From: an uncultured virus (IMG/VR IMGVR_UViG_3300020557_000008)
Taxonomy: Duplodnaviria > Heunggongvirae > Uroviricota > Caudoviricetes
DNA: 64,000 nucleotides
Virus record (IMG/VR): IMGVR_UViG_3300020557_000008
Span: 1-64,000 of that record
Strand: one strand, 5' to 3'
Shown: piece after piece, positions 60,188-64,000 of the stretch
How positions within the stretch are numbered: the stretch's first letter is position 1
Layout of the letters: each line of letters begins with the position of its first letter
The notes under the pieces: generated by a model
The model's input: only the letters and a program-made list of their open reading frames with translations
Databases searched by the model: none
Told to the model about the DNA's origin: nothing
Made by a program: the position numbers and the translations under genes

Positions 60188-60895
60188 TTATTGATTTGGA
60201 ACAGAAATTACAGGAAGTCCTGTGAATGTTGGCCCAATAGTATTGCCATCAGCGTCAAGACCTGTCTTTATGCCTTTTGTCCATGTCCATGGACGTTCAT
60301 TATTGTTGTCGCTCTTTAGTTGTCCATATTTCATTCTTTGTTCCATAAGTTCTTTGTCATCCCATAAATTTGATACCGAAACGGTCGCATCCGTCATAAC
60401 CCTGTTGTCGTATATGTTAAAGAAGCAAATTGGCTCACCGGCCTTGAATGTGACAGGCGCGCCAATGACATTAATTTTCCAGTTCATTTGAACCTCGTCT
60501 GGCCACCAAAATGTAGGAACAGTTGCTGAAAGTGCCTGTGCGTCACTTCTCAAATAGTTTGGCGAACCAGAAAACCAAGTACTGTAATTTTTTTCTGTTC
60601 TCACGACCCAGCCCATTGCAAAAGAAACCATTCCAATTATTGAGCAGTGGACTTGTGTAAAACCGCTTGATGTTTTTTCGCCAGACAATATTTTGGGGAC
60701 TGAGTTGCCGCCATCCCACTGGACAACAACATCCTCACTCAGCACCAGTTCCCAACCTAAAACATTCGCGACAGACATTGGCATGCATTGATAAGCATGC
60801 TTTTTGTAGGTCTCATCCATCCAGTCTCGCTTGATTCGCGACTGTCTAATTTCTGGCGGGTTTTGTGTCGTTTTTACAAACTGAACATTTGTCAC
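60188..60895 (-). CDS. DUF6065-like protein
   Basis: RDWMD....HAY.C.P...AN..GWE; G.PN; F..GEP.C. Confidence 0.75.
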   Translation of the reverse strand: MTNVQFVKTTQNPPEIRQSRIKRDWMDETYKKHAYQCMPMSVANVLGWELVLSEDVVVQWDGGNSVPKILSGEKTSSGFTQVHCSIIGMVSFAMGWVVRTEKNYSTWFSGSPNYLRSDAQALSATVPTFWWPDEVQMNWKINVIGAPVTFKAGEPICFFNIYDNRVMTDATVSVSNLWDDKELMEQRMKYGQLKSDNNNERPWTWTKGIKTGLDADGNTIGPTFTGLPVISVPNQ

Positions 60896-61581
60896 TGTGA
60901 TGTGCTCACCCCACGTGTTGCCGCAACTGGAGAATAAGACTGAACCTGCTTGTGGTTCTTGTCGTTGTAGTCAAACATTGTGACGGCAGAATATTTCACT
61001 CCGCTCTGAACTGGAAGTGCTGCGTGAGCGAAAATGTATGTCGATGGGAAGAAAACAATGTCTCCTGCTTCTGGCTTGAACTTCAAGTCAAAATATGGGA
61101 AGAACAGTTCTCCACCTTCATAATCATCGTTTAGATACATGATGGACGATATCGTGCATGTGTAAGAAAATCCGTGGTCGGTGTGAGTTTGAAAGTGTTG
61201 TTTTGGTCCGTACTTGACGTAATTAATTGCTTCCATCCATTCCATTTTTACGTTGTACATTGACTCATAATGACGCAAGCACGGCGTGAGTCTTTCGATT
61301 GTGTCTGACCAAATGGCCTTTATTTCCAAGAACTCGCCTGGCGCCTGGTTCGCAAGTTGTTCGCTAATTTTGCAGTCAAAACAGTCCCTGTAGTCGGGCA
61401 TCTTTTCCTGGTGTCCGACAAGGGCCTCCATCCACATGTACGGGGGTGTTGTGCTCGTCCCTATCGTCTCCTCCAAGCGCTCTATCAAACGCAGTTCTTT
61501 GGGGAGCATATTTCTGTAGACCATAATCGCGAAGCGAGGGTCTCCAAGATATTCGCACGAAACATTTATGGCTGAGTTCAT
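60892..61581 (-). CDS. 2OG-Fe(II) oxygenase (P4H-like)
   Basis: HTD...YLNDDYEGG...FPS...H....V..G.KY. Confidence 0.9.
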   Translation of the reverse strand: MNSAINVSCEYLGDPRFAIMVYRNMLPKELRLIERLEETIGTSTTPPYMWMEALVGHQEKMPDYRDCFDCKISEQLANQAPGEFLEIKAIWSDTIERLTPCLRHYESMYNVKMEWMEAINYVKYGPKQHFQTHTDHGFSYTCTISSIMYLNDDYEGGELFFPYFDLKFKPEAGDIVFFPSTYIFAHAALPVQSGVKYSAVTMFDYNDKNHKQVQSYSPVAATRGVSTSQ

Positions 61582-61630
61582 TGTATTGGACCTTTCTTGA
61601 CCTGGGATGTCGTGATAGTAGAATGTTCTT

Positions 61631-62494
61631 ATGAGTATAGCGCCTATTTCGGGGGCAATCGAAACCCTGCCATTGTCTATTTACGACATAAAAATCAAGT
61701 CAGCCGACGGGAAAAACAGTGACGTTTTGGGTGACGCAAGGGGTAAGGTAACCCTGCTTTTCAATGTCGCCGCAGGCTGCGGGAATATTCCTCAACACGG
61801 CGTAATTGAGCAACTTCATCAAATGTATAAGGGAAACCCAGATTTTAAAATTTTGGCTGTGGTTGTTGACGACTTTGTGTGTCACGGATACGAACAGTTC
61901 CAGGGCGGACTCGCTTCTTATGCTGAAAAAAATGCGCTGAGCATGACCCCAGGTCAAATAGCACAGGATTATGCCAAGACCCATTTCGGCTCAACATACG
62001 AATTCACTGAGTTGACAAACGGTAGATACGACAAGCACTCGTACAGCGAAGACTATGTTCCAAATGCTCAAAAGATTCAGGACATTCATGAATTGTGGTT
62101 TTATTTGACTGGTTGTCATTCGGCAGATTTTCAAGAAAACGGAACCCCCTATACTGACGAATTTATTCCTTGGGCAAAAGTAAAGGCGTCAAAGCCAGAT
62201 GACAAAAGGGGAATGTCCAATTTGACTGGTAATTTTACAAAGTTTTTGATTGATAGGACAGGAACGCAATATTTGCGCTATCACAATGGATTTCTTCTCG
62301 GTGAACGAACACCGCATGGCGAGCCATTCCCTTGGTGGCAGGGTGAGGGTTTGGAAAAACTCAAACAAGAATTGGGAGAAAAAGAATTTTTTGAGTGGAC
62401 AAACGCCCCGTATCCAACAAAGTTGCAACAAAAGGGAATTAACGAATCCCTGAGAATAATCAAAAACGATATCGATTACATGCTCGGGATGTAA
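61631..62494 (+). CDS. Glutathione peroxidase-like protein with insertions
   Basis: GKVTLLFNVAAGCG; GNFTKFLIDR.G. Confidence 0.75.
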   Translation: MSIAPISGAIETLPLSIYDIKIKSADGKNSDVLGDARGKVTLLFNVAAGCGNIPQHGVIEQLHQMYKGNPDFKILAVVVDDFVCHGYEQFQGGLASYAEKNALSMTPGQIAQDYAKTHFGSTYEFTELTNGRYDKHSYSEDYVPNAQKIQDIHELWFYLTGCHSADFQENGTPYTDEFIPWAKVKASKPDDKRGMSNLTGNFTKFLIDRTGTQYLRYHNGFLLGERTPHGEPFPWWQGEGLEKLKQELGEKEFFEWTNAPYPTKLQQKGINESLRIIKNDIDYMLGM

Positions 62495-63514
62495 TCACTT
62501 AATCAGAAACAACTTATTCCTATTTGGGATGGGTAGCAAAGAGTCTTTATTGTCCTCAATATTGACTTTTTCAAATATGCCAAACAGCGCGTTTCTCGTT
62601 AGTGATTTTTCGTTGTTTGGTATCGCATCGCAATACAATGACTTCCCTTGCCATGCGATTGCGTCGCCTTCCATGGGCATGTGTTGATATATTTTCCCAA
62701 CATCTGCATTTGCCAACCTGTGACAGTAGTGAATATATTCGTTGTATTTTTCATTGGAGGTTAGGTCCCCAATGATGTTTTGGTCAAGGTCCAGCGCATG
62801 CGAACCTGCCGCTATTTGTAATACTCCAGAAATTGGATGATGGTCTTCTATGGCAACCATTTCTATAACTGTGCCCGGCGAAGTGATTGGCTCATTGCAC
62901 CATGGCGCCTCCATCTTCCAATGGTGCTGCGACGACCATGTAAAAGCATGAACAAATCTAAGTCCATATGCCGTGTTCATTGAATCTGCCAATGACTCCA
63001 TGAAGTCGTTGCACAGAATAGAGACAATTGACTCCGATACAAGATATTCTTTTGTTGAAAACAAATAAGACTTTTTTTTGGTGCCCGTCTTTAAAAGCAT
63101 TTCTTTTGCATATTTTGATTTGTAGTCGCTAATCGCATCTTTTGGTGCTCCGCCTAAACAAACGGAATAACCCTTATCTACAAAATCACCATGATTTTCG
63201 CTAGAGGTGTACTGCTCAAGTAATCGATAGTCAATATATGATTTACGTCCGCCATTTGTTTTATGCCCATATCCGTTGATATGAATGTTTTTCCCAAAAG
63301 TATTTAAAGCATGAAGGAAGCCAACGGACTCAACAAAACCCACATCCAAACCAAGTTCGTCTATTTTTCCTTCTGCTATTTGTGCCCATGCATTGGCTAC
63401 GGCTTGATATCCAGTTGTTTCCCCAACCCAGAAGTGTCTAGCAATAATTTCGGTAACTGTGTAGTCGTGCCACGCAGTTGATGTATCAAAATCTTTTGGT
63501 TTATTTACACTCAC
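62495..63514 (-). CDS. Protein with a divergent PhyH-like dioxygenase C-terminal domain
   Basis: VAIED....G.LQ...GSH; GDA..W. Confidence 0.5.
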   Translation of the reverse strand: MSVNKPKDFDTSTAWHDYTVTEIIARHFWVGETTGYQAVANAWAQIAEGKIDELGLDVGFVESVGFLHALNTFGKNIHINGYGHKTNGGRKSYIDYRLLEQYTSSENHGDFVDKGYSVCLGGAPKDAISDYKSKYAKEMLLKTGTKKKSYLFSTKEYLVSESIVSILCNDFMESLADSMNTAYGLRFVHAFTWSSQHHWKMEAPWCNEPITSPGTVIEMVAIEDHHPISGVLQIAAGSHALDLDQNIIGDLTSNEKYNEYIHYCHRLANADVGKIYQHMPMEGDAIAWQGKSLYCDAIPNNEKSLTRNALFGIFEKVNIEDNKDSLLPIPNRNKLFLIK

Positions 63515-63536
63515 AAATTCAGACTATCATAACTAT

Positions 63537-64000
63537 ATGGGAATAAACCGTGTCGTCGGCCTTGTTTCTCTTGGAGTAATGGGGTCATCGCTTGCGTCAT
63601 CATTGCTTTCGTCTGGGCATTCGGTTATATGGGCCTCCCATGGTCGTTCACAAAAAACAATTGACAGGGCTCGCTCTGTGGGCGCCATTGATGTTGGGAC
63701 AATCAAAGAACTTTCAGACCGTTCTGATGTAATTATGTCTGTTGGGTTTGGCAATAGCGGGCCAGAAACCGCAGAACGTTTGATACATGTGGGCTTTGAC
63801 AAAATTCTTGTTGACTTCAATTCATTGTGGGGAGAGTCATCAGAGCATTCTTTTTATGAGACTGTGGCGCAAGGTAAGTATGATTACGTTGACGGAGCAA
63901 TCCATGGATACCCGCTCAACAGTTCTTTTGATAAAGATGGGTTGACTCGCTTGATGCTCCTGCATGGCGAGCATGCTCAATTTATTGGGTCTCTGTTTAC
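63537..64000 (+). CDS. NAD(P)-dependent oxidoreductase (6PGD/3HIBDH-like), truncated by the window end
   Basis: Read manually: MGINRVVGLVSLGVMGSSLASSLLSSGHSVIWASHGRSQKT; open to the end. Confidence 0.75.
   Translation, partial: MGINRVVGLVSLGVMGSSLASSLLSSGHSVIWASHGRSQKTIDRARSVGAIDVGTIKELSDRSDVIMSVGFGNSGPETAERLIHVGFDKILVDFNSLWGESSEHSFYETVAQGKYDYVDGAIHGYPLNSSFDKDGLTRLMLLHGEHAQFIGSLF

Noticed and set aside
456..63820. Most plus-strand ORFs in the supplied track (and 63533-63820 minus)
   Set aside because: They overlap better-supported opposite-strand genes and lack an RBS or recognisable motifs.

Overview
The window is 64 kb of a large tailed (siphovirus-type) phage, most likely infecting an actinobacterium. 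Host evidence: a WhiB gene, many leaderless transcripts, and CGAAC-N4-GTTCG LexA and DtxR/IdeR-type boxes. There is no rRNA, tRNA, integrase, terminase or capsid gene in the window. (1) 1-21.2 kb: an early/host-takeover region of about 50 short minus-strand genes. Many are one-gene cassettes with a near-consensus sigma-A promoter, a 5' hairpin, an RBS and a terminator. (2) 21-32.3 kb: regulation, replication and modification genes (SpeD, WhiB, RusA-like, CmoA-like next to ParB/methyltransferase genes, HTH initiator, HIRAN). (3) 32.5-47 kb: tail module (tail protein with a TPPV repeat, Dit, tape measure, frameshifting chaperone, tail tube) and lysis genes. (4) 47-64 kb: SNF2/HARP helicase, a large membrane-anchored surface protein, two glycosyltransferases and a bank of 2OG-Fe(II) oxygenases. 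The most striking material is non-coding and lies in region 1. (a) Promoter-driven, ORF-less small RNAs display anti-Shine-Dalgarno sequences in GC-clamped hairpin loops; one loop is a perfect 15-nt complement to the RBS of another phage gene. (b) A ~225-nt structured RNA is closed by a 23-bp stem. (c) Nine co-oriented copies of a ~57-bp element occur, flanked by apparent operators of unrelated host regulators (LexA, Rex, DnaA, IdeR, OmpR-family; NrdR-like boxes lie nearby). (d) An iteron-like array sits 16 kb from the initiator gene. All protein assignments come from motif recognition by eye; no database search or folding program was run.
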